The notes under the pieces are model-generated. The model had not been told where the DNA came from, did no database searches, and worked only from the letters and a program-made list of their open reading frames with translations. The position numbers were made by a program, and so were the translations under genes. DNA of 64,000 nucleotides from Acidobacteriota bacterium (lineage in GTDB: Bacteria; Acidobacteriota; Thermoanaerobaculia; Multivoradales; JAGPDF01), in contig JAAYLR010000019.1 of NCBI GenBank assembly GCA_012521815.1, positions 672 through 64,671 of the forward strand, given 5' to 3'. Within the stretch, counting starts at the first letter, position 1, and each line of letters starts with the position of its first letter. Positions 8,452 to 17,045 of this stretch are shown piece by piece.

Positions 8452-9806
8452 GTGGTCGTCTTCCCTTCGCTAGGCGACGGTCCTGCGGTGACCAACGCTT
8501 CGGCCACCATCTCCGCCACGGTCTTGACTTGGATGCCGAGCGTGTACTCTTTGTTGAGCTCCATGAGCTGGTCGATGCAGTTGTGGCACGGCGCCACGAC
8601 GATCTCGGCGCCGGTGGCGCGGATCTGCTGCGCCTTCATGCCTCCGGCGCGGATGCGACGGTCTTTGTAGGCGGCCATCGCGAGCTGCCCGCCGCCGCCT
8701 CCGCAGCAGAAGCTCTGCTCCCGCGACGGGGTCATCTCGACGAAATGCGCCACGCTGCGGCGCAGCACCCGCCGTTGCGGTTCGGAGACGCCGCCATGGC
8801 GCACCAGATTGCATGGGTCGTGGAGCGTCACTGGCTTTGGGTTGCGCGACGGGTCGACCGCGATCCGGCCGCTCGTGAGGTACTCATCCATCAGTTCGAG
8901 CACGCTGCACAGCTCGAACGGATACCGCCGCTGCAGCCACTCAGGCCCCTCCCAGCGGGCGGAGCCAAAGCCGTGGCCGCACTCGCCGATGACGAGCGTC
9001 GTGCACCCCAGCCGCTCCATGGCGTCCACGAGGTTCTGCGTGATCCGACCGGCCTGCTCGTCGTTGCAGTTGAACAGCCCGTAGTTGGTGAGATCCCAGC
9101 CGGGGTCTGAGGCGAGTGTCCAGTCCTCGCCGGCCGCCCAGAACACCTTGGCCGAGGCCTGCAGGCTGAGGGGGAAGAACTTGGGCTCGCGAGGGTTGAC
9201 GGTGAACAGCACCCTGGCGCCCTGCTTGTCGAGCGGTATGCGGGCACCGGGATCGCCGGTCTCCATCTGCAGCTCCTCCTCGAGCCACTGCACGGTGTCG
9301 ACCCAGTCCTCCTTGGTGATCGCCATGTTGTTGCCGTGGACGAGGCTGTTGTCGACCGTGGCCTGCAGGTCGTCGGGCACCAGGCCCATGGCCGCCAGCG
9401 CCGCGCGGGCGGCGCGGAACACGCGCGGCAGACCGATCCCGATGGTGCAGTTGAGCGAGCAGCGCCCACACAGCGTGCAGCGCCCGAACACGGAGTCGAG
9501 CCAGGCCCGCACCATCGCACGGTCGAACGGTCGAGCGCCGACGAGCCGGGGCACGAGACGCCCGGCGGTGGTGAAGTGACGCTTGAAAGCCGCAGCGACG
9601 TGATCGAGCTTGCGTGCCGGGACGTTCTCGAGTGCCGGCTCGGTGCGATAGTAGTGGCAGCTATCGGCGCACAGGCCGCAGTGAACGCAGGCGTTGAGGT
9701 ACGCCGCCTCGGCCGCACGCAGCTTGGATCGAAACACCTCCAAGCCGTGCCGAAGCTGCGCCTCGGTGAGGGCGTCGATCCGCTCCTCGAGGCTCGCCAT
9801 GCTCAA
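8448..9806 (-). CDS. HdrD/DsrK/GlpC-like iron-sulfur oxidoreductase with two [4Fe-4S] ferredoxin motifs and two CCG domains
   Basis: CVHCGLCADSC and CTLCGRCSLNC are Cx2Cx2Cx3C motifs. FCCGGGGG....PCHNC is a CCG-domain signature. Stop-start overlaps occur at both ends. Confidence 0.75.
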   Translation of the reverse strand: MSMASLEERIDALTEAQLRHGLEVFRSKLRAAEAAYLNACVHCGLCADSCHYYRTEPALENVPARKLDHVAAAFKRHFTTAGRLVPRLVGARPFDRAMVRAWLDSVFGRCTLCGRCSLNCTIGIGLPRVFRAARAALAAMGLVPDDLQATVDNSLVHGNNMAITKEDWVDTVQWLEEELQMETGDPGARIPLDKQGARVLFTVNPREPKFFPLSLQASAKVFWAAGEDWTLASDPGWDLTNYGLFNCNDEQAGRITQNLVDAMERLGCTTLVIGECGHGFGSARWEGPEWLQRRYPFELCSVLELMDEYLTSGRIAVDPSRNPKPVTLHDPCNLVRHGGVSEPQRRVLRRSVAHFVEMTPSREQSFCCGGGGGQLAMAAYKDRRIRAGGMKAQQIRATGAEIVVAPCHNCIDQLMELNKEYTLGIQVKTVAEMVAEALVTAGPSPSEGKTTT

Positions 9807-10432
9807 CGCCCCTGCCGCGCCGACGGGAACGTGCCGCGATAGCCGAAGAAGGCCCCCATGTATGCGCGTGAGCTGAAGAAAACGACGCAGTGGCGGATCT
9901 TACCGACCGGCAGGTAGACGAGGAGCACGACGGCGGTGATGAGCCACGCCGACTCGAGCTGCGGATGCAGCAAGGTCACAGCTGCAAGCGCCCCGAACGA
10001 GGTCGTCAACAGGTTGGCAATGAAGTCGTCGGGGGAGGAGAGACCCCGCAGGAACGGCGTCGCGATGCGCTTGACGAGCAGCGCTAGCCCAGCTCCTGCC
10101 CCAGCCAGCATCACGATCGCTCCGGTCGGTGCCAGCGCTGGCGGCAGCTCGAACCCGGCCACCGTTGCAGCCAGCAGGCCGAACGCCACGAAGGTGCCGA
10201 GGTGAAAGACGATCCCGGTCGCGTACGAGGGAAGGTGCATGCGGACGCTCTCCTTGGCCCACGGCAGCATCGCCGCCGTGAACGCGTACCGCACGCCGGC
10301 CGCGGGGTCGCCGGCCGGCGGGGCAAGCAGGACCCGTCGCCCGAAGCCGCGTACCCCCAGCCACACCCAGGCCAGCGTCCCGGCTGCCCAAGCCGCAGCC
10401 GCGATCACCGCGAGGTGGAGCGGCTGATCCAT
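9803..10432 (-). CDS. Integral membrane protein, probable dihaem cytochrome b anchor of the NarI/DsrM/HdrE type
   Basis: Start at MDQPLHLAVIAAAAW. About 210 aa with 5-6 predicted TM helices. A His pair RMHLPSYATGIVFHL sits in one helix and a second His pair (LLHPQ...KIRHC) in a later helix, reminiscent of NarI-like haem ligation. It is translationally coupled to the HdrD-like gene. Confidence 0.5.
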   Translation of the reverse strand: MDQPLHLAVIAAAAWAAGTLAWVWLGVRGFGRRVLLAPPAGDPAAGVRYAFTAAMLPWAKESVRMHLPSYATGIVFHLGTFVAFGLLAATVAGFELPPALAPTGAIVMLAGAGAGLALLVKRIATPFLRGLSSPDDFIANLLTTSFGALAAVTLLHPQLESAWLITAVVLLVYLPVGKIRHCVVFFSSRAYMGAFFGYRGTFPSARQGR

Positions 10433-10440
10433 GTGTGTGC

Positions 10441-10761
10441 TCAGACGCAGCCGTCGGGCTTGGGCAGGCCGGCGAGCTTGCAGGCGCCCTTGGCCGGGCC
10501 GCTCGGGAACAGCTCGTAGATGCGCTTGAGCGGCAAGCCCGTTGTCTTGCAGATGAGACGCACCATCGGGGCCGCCTGGTTCTCGAGGTAGTACTGGCGG
10601 ATGAACCGGATGACCGCCCAGTGCTGCTCGTCGAGCGCCGGCAACCCCTCCTCCTGCCTGGCGAGCGCCAGGGCAAGGTCGTCGTTCCACACGCCCGGAT
10701 CGACGAGGAACCCCTCGGGGTTCAGCTCCACCTGCCTGCCGTCAAGGTTGATCATCGCCAT
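10441..10761 (-). CDS. dsrC: DsrC/TusE-family sulfur-carrier protein with both conserved cysteines (DsrC type)
   Basis: 106 aa ending ...FPSGPAKGACKLAGLPKPDGCV. The penultimate Cys plus a second Cys 10 residues upstream is the DsrC hallmark. An HW..IRFIRQYY core is present. The start is MAMINLDG. Confidence 0.8.
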   Translation of the reverse strand: MAMINLDGRQVELNPEGFLVDPGVWNDDLALALARQEEGLPALDEQHWAVIRFIRQYYLENQAAPMVRLICKTTGLPLKRIYELFPSGPAKGACKLAGLPKPDGCV

Positions 10762-10809
10762 GACGCCTCCGGGAGCGCCGCGTCGTGCGGCCGTCCTCGT
10801 GTGGTAGTT

Positions 10810-10841
10810 TGTATGCATGATCTAGGGAATTGTGTGCATGA
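10810..10841. promoter_or_regulatory. Direct repeat TGTATGCATGA ... TGTGTGCATGA (21 bp centre-to-centre) in the dsrC-mocR divergent intergenic region. Candidate MocR operator.
   Basis: Two 11-bp copies with 1 mismatch, seen directly. The second copy overlaps the GTG/ATG start region of the MocR gene. Confidence 0.3.
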
Positions 10842-12196
10842 CAATCTGGCTCCCCGACATCGCCGAACGGAAGCAGCCCGCCTACCAAGCGATTGTCGAG
10901 GCCATCGCCGACGCCGTCCGGCAGGGATGCCTGCGTCCCGGCGACCGGCTGCCCACGCACCGACTGCTCGCCGACCTGCTGGGGGTGAACGTCAGCACCG
11001 TGACTCGCGCGTACCGTGAGGCAGCGCGGCGCCGCCTGCTCGGCGGGGAGGTGGGGCGCGGCACGTACGTGCTGGGCGTGGCCTCCGAGGCGGCGCTGTT
11101 CGCGCTCGAGCAGCGGCCGGAGGGCGGGGTCATCGACCTCTCGCCCAACACGCCCCCCGCGCTGCTGTGTGACCCCGACCTCGCGGCTGCGCTTGGGGGG
11201 ATCGACGAGCGCGAGGCCGCTCGGCTCCTCCACTACCCGACCACGGCCGACGCGCTGCAGCACGCGCACGCAGCGGCTGGATGGCTCGGCCGGCGCGGTG
11301 TCGGCGCAGAGCCCGACAGCATCGTCGTCTGCGCCGGGGCGCAGCACGCGATGGACTCGGCCCTCGGTGCCTTCCAGGAGAGCGACGAGGTCGGCTGCGA
11401 GCCGCTCGTCTACCCCGGGCTCAAGGCTGCAGCGCGGCGGTGGCGACGGCGTTTGCACCCGATAGCGATGGACGGAGAAGGGGTTGCGCCCGGGGCGTTC
11501 GAGGCTGCGTGTCGGGCTGGAGTGCGCCTTGTCGTACTGTCGCCGACGCTGCACAACCCCACCACCGTGACGATGGGCTTCGATCGCCGGCAGCGGCTCG
11601 CTGAGCTCGCGCGCCGCTATGACGTCGTCATCATCGAGGAGGACGTCTACGGCCTCCTGCCGGACCACACGCCGCCGCCACTTGCAGCGCTCGCGCCCGA
11701 GCGCGTGCTGTACCTCACGGGGCTGTCTAAGACCGTGGCGCCGGGCCTGCGCATCGGTTACCTCGTCGTTCCCTCCCGGTTGAAGGAGAGGATGCGCGAC
11801 GCCTCGCATCACACGGCGTGGTACGTCTCGCCGATCTCGGCCGCGCTGGCCACCCGCTGGCTGGGTGACGGCACCGCCTGGCGCCGCCTGCTCGCGCAGC
11901 GCCGGGAGCTCACTGCCCGCCACCGCCTGTGCGCACGCCACCTCGCGGGGCTTGCCTGGCGGGGCGAGTCGCACTGCCCGCACGTCTGGCTCGATCTCCC
12001 ACCTGGACGCTCACCGGCGTTCGCCAGGCAGGCCCTGGCCGCCGGCGTGGTCGTGGTGCCGTCGGCAGTGTTCGCCGTCGGCCGCGCCACTGCCGACGGG
12101 GTGCGCATCTCGCTCGGCGCGGCTGCCGATCGCGCCAGCCTCGCCGAGGCGCTCGCCCGCCTCGCGGCGTTGCCGGCCGGGCAGCGGGAGAGCTGA
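10832..12196 (+). CDS. MocR-family transcriptional regulator (GntR wHTH fused to an aminotransferase-like PLP domain)
   Basis: The N-terminus YQAIVEAIADAVRQGCLRPGDRLPTHRLLADLLGVNVSTVTRAYREA is a GntR HTH, followed by ~350 aa of aminotransferase-fold. It is divergent from the dsrC operon. The true start may be the ATG at 10838. Confidence 0.8.
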   Translation: MCMTIWLPDIAERKQPAYQAIVEAIADAVRQGCLRPGDRLPTHRLLADLLGVNVSTVTRAYREAARRRLLGGEVGRGTYVLGVASEAALFALEQRPEGGVIDLSPNTPPALLCDPDLAAALGGIDEREAARLLHYPTTADALQHAHAAAGWLGRRGVGAEPDSIVVCAGAQHAMDSALGAFQESDEVGCEPLVYPGLKAAARRWRRRLHPIAMDGEGVAPGAFEAACRAGVRLVVLSPTLHNPTTVTMGFDRRQRLAELARRYDVVIIEEDVYGLLPDHTPPPLAALAPERVLYLTGLSKTVAPGLRIGYLVVPSRLKERMRDASHHTAWYVSPISAALATRWLGDGTAWRRLLAQRRELTARHRLCARHLAGLAWRGESHCPHVWLDLPPGRSPAFARQALAAGVVVVPSAVFAVGRATADGVRISLGAAADRASLAEALARLAALPAGQRES

Positions 12197-12289
12197 CGGT
12201 CAACGCGGGTCGACAGCGCGCGGCCTGCGGCGGATCAGCGCGAAGGCGAGCAGGGCGAACGCGGCGCGCGGCCGGCGCCAGCGGACGGC

Positions 12290-13059
12290 GCTGCCCGGCA
12301 AGCGTGGTCCCAAGACGCGGCATTCCGACGCCGAGCTGCTCGCGCGAATCCGCCAGGTGCTGGCGACTTCCGAATGGGTCGGCGAAGGGCACCGCAAAGC
12401 CTGGGCCCGACTGCGTGCTGAGGGCGTGCGCACCTCCAAGCCGCGCGTGCTGCGTTTGCTGCGCGAGGCGAACCTGCTGACACCGACCCGCACCGGAGCG
12501 CCGCACGGGCCACGGGCCCATGACGGCAAGATCACCACCGAGCGACCCGACGAGATTGGGGCACCGACGGCACGACGACGATGACCGGCGAGGGCCAAGC
12601 GACGATCTTCGTCGTGGTCGACCATTGCCCGAGCGAGTGCCTGGGCCTCCACGCCACGGCTCGCGGCAACCGCTTCGAAGCGCTCGAGCCGGTGCGCCAG
12701 GCCGTCACCGAGGTCTTCGGTGGGGTCGACGAGAAGATCGCGGCGGGCGTCCTGCTGCGCCACGACCACGGCAGCGTCTACACGTCCGAGGTTTTCAGCG
12801 CGAGATCCGCTTCCTCGGCCTCGAGTCGAGCTCGGCCTTCGTGCGCGCGCCCGAGGGCAATGGCTGTGCCGAGCGCTTCATCCGCACGCTCAAGGAGCAG
12901 CTGCTCTGGCTGCGCTTCTTTCCGGCCGTCGCCGAGCTCAACGCTGCGCTCGCCGACTTCCGCGGGCGCTACAACCATCGCTGGCGACTCGAGCGGCATG
13001 ACTACCGGGCCCCAGCCGAGGTCCGTGCCGCCTTCATGGCACTCGAGACCGCAGCTTGA
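12290..13059 (+). mobile_element. Degenerate rve-family (IS481/IS3-like) transposase remnant, 5'-truncated and frameshifted across three frames
   Basis: Frame 0 gives ...KRGPKTRHSDAELLARIRQVLATSEWVGEGHRKAWARLRAEGVRTSKPRVLRLLREANLL. Frame 2 gives IFVVVDHCPSECLGLHATARGNRFEALEPV...LRHDHGSVYTSEVF. Frame 1 gives FLGLESSSAFVRAPEGNGCAERFIRTLKEQLLWLRFF...YNHRWRLERHDYRAPAEV. These are classic integrase-core segments with no N-terminal HTH. Confidence 0.65.
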
Positions 13060-13094
13060 ATACACTCACGAAACTGTCCGGGAAATCGCAGGCG

Positions 13095-13586
13095 CTACGA
13101 CATCGCCTTCACCTGCTGCAGGATCTCGTTCGCGAGCTCTTCCCGGAGCCGTTCATAGGCCGACTCGAGGGATTCCTCGGGGGTGATGCTCTGATTCTCT
13201 TTCTCTTCGGTGGCTACGCTCTCCGAGGCTGAACGGTCGCGCCTGGTCGTGTGAAACTCACGAAACGCCTCGAACTGCATGAGGAAGCGGGTACTGAGGC
13301 GATCCGGATTTTCGGCGAGCACCTGGCGGCCGAGATCCGCGATGGCGTAATGCCCGCGGCGAGTGCTCTTCAACAGGCCGGCCCTGGTGAGGTAGGTACG
13401 TGCCCAGCTGACCCGGTTGTCGAGGATCGGCTGATAACCGCTCGGCAGGAGCTCCTTGCGCTCTGCCTCGGTCAATCGGAAATGGTCGGCGAGAGCGTCG
13501 ATCGATTCCCGCAGTGAGTGCTCCTTGCCGTCTCCCGCGAACTGCAGGAGCGGCAGCATGGTGGACTGGAAATCAGGGATCGCCAC
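13095..13586 (-). pseudogene. mrr: Truncated mrr: Mrr N-terminal winged-helix domain plus linker only. The catalytic restriction-endonuclease domain is missing.
   Basis: The 163-aa product MAIPDFQSTMLPLLQFAGDGKEHSLRESIDALADHFRLTEAERKELLPSGYQPILDNRVSWARTYLTRAGLL matches Mrr_N. It ends ...ELANEILQQVKAMS* exactly where Mrr_cat (P.FFE..V.DLL) should begin. The IS remnant abuts it about 35 bp away. Confidence 0.65.
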
Positions 13587-13781
13587 GCTCTGACCCTCCG
13601 TTCGCGCTGCCCGCCATCATCCCGGTCGAGATCCGTGTCCGGAAAGGCTCACCGAGTCGCTCCGTGACGGCTTCGGGACACGCCTTCGCCGGACATTGCG
13701 CAGTAATCTTGCAGGCGGCAGCCGCCGGGACCGTGAAGCCTCATGGCGGTCCGGACGGGCGGGGTCAGGGGAGGCGCCGGG

Positions 13782-14216
13782 ATGATCGACGGGCAGGGGT
13801 GGTTTTTCTGGGCGTTGTCGTCGGCGGTCTTCGCGGCGCTCACGGCGATCTTCGCGAAGGTCGGGATCCGCGGGGTCGACTCCGACCTCGCGACGCTGGT
13901 GCGCACGGTGATCATCGTCGCGGTGCTCGCGGCGTTCCTCGGGCTCACCGGCAAGTGGAGCAACCCGTTCGTGCTGCCGGGGCGCACCTGGCTCTTCCTC
14001 GGCCTCTCGGCCCTGGCCACCGGCGCCTCCTGGGTCTGCTACTTCCGCGCGCTGCAGCTCGGCGAGGCCTCGAAGGTCGCGCCGGTGGACAAGCTCAGCC
14101 TTGTGCTGGTCGCCATCTTCGCCTTCACCTTCCTGGGGGAGCGGCCGGCGAGCCGGGAGTGGTTCGGCATCGCGCTCGTCGCCACCGGCGTGGTGGTCCT
14201 CGCCCTGAAACGGTAG
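13782..14216 (+). CDS. Small EamA-like (DMT superfamily) membrane transporter
   Basis: About 145 aa with 4 TM segments, start MIDGQGWFFWALSSAVFAALTAIFAKVG, and an EamA-like pattern. Confidence 0.6.
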   Translation: MIDGQGWFFWALSSAVFAALTAIFAKVGIRGVDSDLATLVRTVIIVAVLAAFLGLTGKWSNPFVLPGRTWLFLGLSALATGASWVCYFRALQLGEASKVAPVDKLSLVLVAIFAFTFLGERPASREWFGIALVATGVVVLALKR

Positions 14217-14336
14217 CGGTACCCGCCGCGCGGGCCCGTTGCGCGGTGGCGACGTGCCGCGGCGTCTCGGAGGCTCTGCGGACCAGCGAACCCCCGCCCG
14301 GCGGCGCCCGCGCCGGCAGGCGTCCCCCGCTTTCTG

Positions 14337-14354
14337 CCGCCCGCTGCCGGGCGG
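14337..14354. terminator. GC-rich hairpin (7-bp stem, 4-nt loop) between the convergent EamA and carbonic anhydrase genes. Possible bidirectional terminator, with no U-tract.
   Basis: CCGCCCG-CTGC-CGGGCGG, seen directly. Confidence 0.2.
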
Positions 14355-14357
14355 GCT

Positions 14358-15017
14358 TCAGCGCTCGTCGGCCGGCGGGGTCGCGAGATCGACCCGCTCG
14401 GCGACCGCCGCCACCTCTTCCTCGCTGGTGACGGTGACCTCCAGGTCGTGCAGCAGGCCATCGCGCAGGGCGTAGATCCAGCCGTGTACCGCCAGCTCCC
14501 GGCCCTGCCGCCATGCGTCGCGGACGACGGTGGTGCGGGCGGCGTTGAGCACCTGGGCGACGACGTTGAGCTCGCAGAGGCGGGCGTGGCGCTCGGCTTC
14601 CGTGCTGAGCGCGGCGAGCTGCCCGCGGTACCGGCGGCGCACGGTCTCGACGTGGCAGAGCCAGTTGTCGACGAGCCCCAGCCGCTCGCCGCGCAGCACC
14701 GCGAGCACCCCGCCGCAGCCGTAATGGCCGCAGATGATGAGGTGGTGCACGCCGAGCACCTCGATGCCGTACTGGAGCACCGAGAGACAGTTGAGGTCGG
14801 AGGGCACGACCACGTTGGCGATGTTGCGGTGGACGAACATCTCCCCGGGCATCAGGCCGACGATCTGGTTGGCCGGCACCCGGCTGTCACCGCAGCCGAT
14901 CCAGAGGTAGCGCGGCGCCTGCTGCTCGGCCAGGCGGGTGAAGAAGCCGGGATCGGCGGCGGCGATCTCGGCGGACCAGGCGCGATTCCGGGCGAGCAGC
15001 TCGGAGAGGAGGCGCAT
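14358..15017 (-). CDS. can: Beta-class carbonic anhydrase
   Basis: CGDSRV...HxxCGG zinc-ligand motifs in a 219-aa product. Confidence 0.85.
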   Translation of the reverse strand: MRLLSELLARNRAWSAEIAAADPGFFTRLAEQQAPRYLWIGCGDSRVPANQIVGLMPGEMFVHRNIANVVVPSDLNCLSVLQYGIEVLGVHHLIICGHYGCGGVLAVLRGERLGLVDNWLCHVETVRRRYRGQLAALSTEAERHARLCELNVVAQVLNAARTTVVRDAWRQGRELAVHGWIYALRDGLLHDLEVTVTSEEEVAAVAERVDLATPPADER

Positions 15018-15048
15018 GGCGTGGGCTCGGGATCCCGCCCGGCACCGC

Positions 15049-16983
15049 TCAGGCGGGCAGGGTCTCGTCGCCCGCGGGCAGGGGGCGGGGCAGCGAGAGG
15101 GTGAAGCGGGCCCAGGCGCCGGGCTCGGACTCGGCGCGGACGGTGCCGCCGTGGAGCTCGGCGATCCGCCGGCAGAACCAGAGCCCGAGGCCGCTGCCCC
15201 GCTTGTCGCGGGTGTCGGCGTTGCGGATCCGCGCGAACTTCTCGAACAGCCGCCCCGCCTCCTCCGGGGTGAAGCCCGGCCCTTCGTTCCAGACCGAGAT
15301 CTCGATCGCGGCGCCGGTGATCCGGGCCTCGAGGGTCGCCCGCCCCTTCGCCGTCCCGTACTTGGCGGCGTTGGAGAGGAAGTTGCCGACGAGCGAACGG
15401 AGCAGCTCGGGATCGGCGTCGAGGGCGATCCCTGCCGGCACGTCGACGCCGAGCGCGATCTCGCGCGAGGTGAAGAGGGCGCGGGTCATCGTCACCGACG
15501 GCTCGACGACGTCGTGGAGGAGGTCGATCCGCTCGACGTGCAGCTCGAACTCGCCGCGCTCGGCGCGCGAGAGGTCGAGGTAGTCGCGGATCATGTCCTG
15601 CATCTCCTCGCAGTTGCGCTGGATCCGCACGAGCGGCTGGGAGAGCGCCGGCGGCAGCTTCTCGCCGTGGACCTCGACGAGCCCGTTGATGAGCATCTGG
15701 ACCGCCGCCGTGGGGCTCTTCAGCTCGTGGGTGACGAAGCCGAGCATCTCCATGTAGTTGGTGTTCGTCTCCGCGAGCCGGGCGTTGGTGGTGGCGAGCT
15801 CGGCGTTCTGCTCGCGCAGCCTCCGGTCGCGCTCGGCGAGCCCCCCCTGCATCCGGTGGAAGGCGTCCACGAGGTCGTGGGTCTCGGAGAAGGTGGTGCG
15901 GATCGCCACCGACTCCCCGAGCTCCCCCTGCGCGATCCGGTGCGCGGCCTGGCCGAGCGCGCCGAGCGGCCGGGTGATGCGGCGGACGAGCAGCGCGGCG
16001 AGGCCGAGGGAGAGGAGGATCAGGAAGCTCGCGGTGAGGCCCGAGCGGAAGACGAGCTGCCGCCGCAGGTCGGTGAACGGCGCTTCGAGCAGGCCGGAGA
16101 AGAGGAGCCCCACCGTCTCGCCCTCGGGGTCGCGCAGCGGCAGGTAGCCGGAGAGGTACCAGGAGTCGACCACCCAGGCGCGCCCCGACCAGGGGCGGCC
16201 GCCCTCGAGCACCTGCCGCTCGATCGCCGCCGCGACCGTGGTGCCGACGGCGCGCCGGCGGTCGGGGCCGAGGACGTTGGTCGCCACCCGCACCCCGCGC
16301 AGGAAGATCGTCACGGTGGCGGTCGGCTTGCCTTCGTAGGTGCTGGCGTCGAAGGCGAAGTCGCGCAGCTCGTCGACGAGCGCGTAGTCGTAGTTGAGCG
16401 CCCGGCCGCCGTAGAGGACCGCCACCACCCGGCCACCAGGGTCGCGCACCGGGGTGGCGAGCCACCAGAAGAGCGCGTCGGTGGTCGCGTTCGCCTCGCC
16501 GTTCTGGCCGCTCACCGCGAGCGCCGTCGCCAGCGCCGAACCCCCTTCGAGGGTGAGGCGCGCGGCGTCGAGGCGCACGGTGCCCCAGGCGGTCTCGCCG
16601 CCGAGCGCGCGCCGCAGCACCGGATCGTGCGTCACCGGCACCGCCCCGGCCTCCGGGTCGTGGCTGCCGGAAAGCGGCCTGCCCGCGAGGTCGCAGAGGT
16701 TGAGGAGCGTGAGACCGAGCTCGCGGCGCAGCCGGTCGAGATCGTTGTCGCTCGTCGTGGGGTCGATCCGCGCCGCCCGCGCCGCGGCCGCGAGGAGGTT
16801 GGCGCTCGCGGCGAGGCGCTGCTCGTAGTAGCGCGCGAGCGACCGCAGCCCGTGATCCACCCGCGCCTGCGCCTCGCGCAGCACGCTGCGCTGGATGCTG
16901 TCGACCTCGAGCGCCCCGAGGATCAGGGCGGTGGCGATGACGGCGGCCGCGAGGGCGAGCAGCAGCGCGTTGCGGATCGACAT
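15049..16983 (-). CDS. Sensor histidine kinase with a periplasmic sensor domain, HAMP, a HisKA H-box (HELKSP) and HATPase. No adjacent response regulator.
   Basis: Start MSIRNALLLALAAAVIATALILG at 16983. A second TM helix sits before HAMP. The G-boxes GSGLGL are present. The rest of the 1294-aa ORF upstream is an alternate-frame artefact. Confidence 0.75.
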   Translation of the reverse strand: MSIRNALLLALAAAVIATALILGALEVDSIQRSVLREAQARVDHGLRSLARYYEQRLAASANLLAAAARAARIDPTTSDNDLDRLRRELGLTLLNLCDLAGRPLSGSHDPEAGAVPVTHDPVLRRALGGETAWGTVRLDAARLTLEGGSALATALAVSGQNGEANATTDALFWWLATPVRDPGGRVVAVLYGGRALNYDYALVDELRDFAFDASTYEGKPTATVTIFLRGVRVATNVLGPDRRRAVGTTVAAAIERQVLEGGRPWSGRAWVVDSWYLSGYLPLRDPEGETVGLLFSGLLEAPFTDLRRQLVFRSGLTASFLILLSLGLAALLVRRITRPLGALGQAAHRIAQGELGESVAIRTTFSETHDLVDAFHRMQGGLAERDRRLREQNAELATTNARLAETNTNYMEMLGFVTHELKSPTAAVQMLINGLVEVHGEKLPPALSQPLVRIQRNCEEMQDMIRDYLDLSRAERGEFELHVERIDLLHDVVEPSVTMTRALFTSREIALGVDVPAGIALDADPELLRSLVGNFLSNAAKYGTAKGRATLEARITGAAIEISVWNEGPGFTPEEAGRLFEKFARIRNADTRDKRGSGLGLWFCRRIAELHGGTVRAESEPGAWARFTLSLPRPLPAGDETLPA

Positions 16984-17045
16984 GAAACGCCTTCCTCTCA
17001 TCGGGTCATGCTGCAGGAAATCGGGCGGGCCCGCAACTCGCGCGC

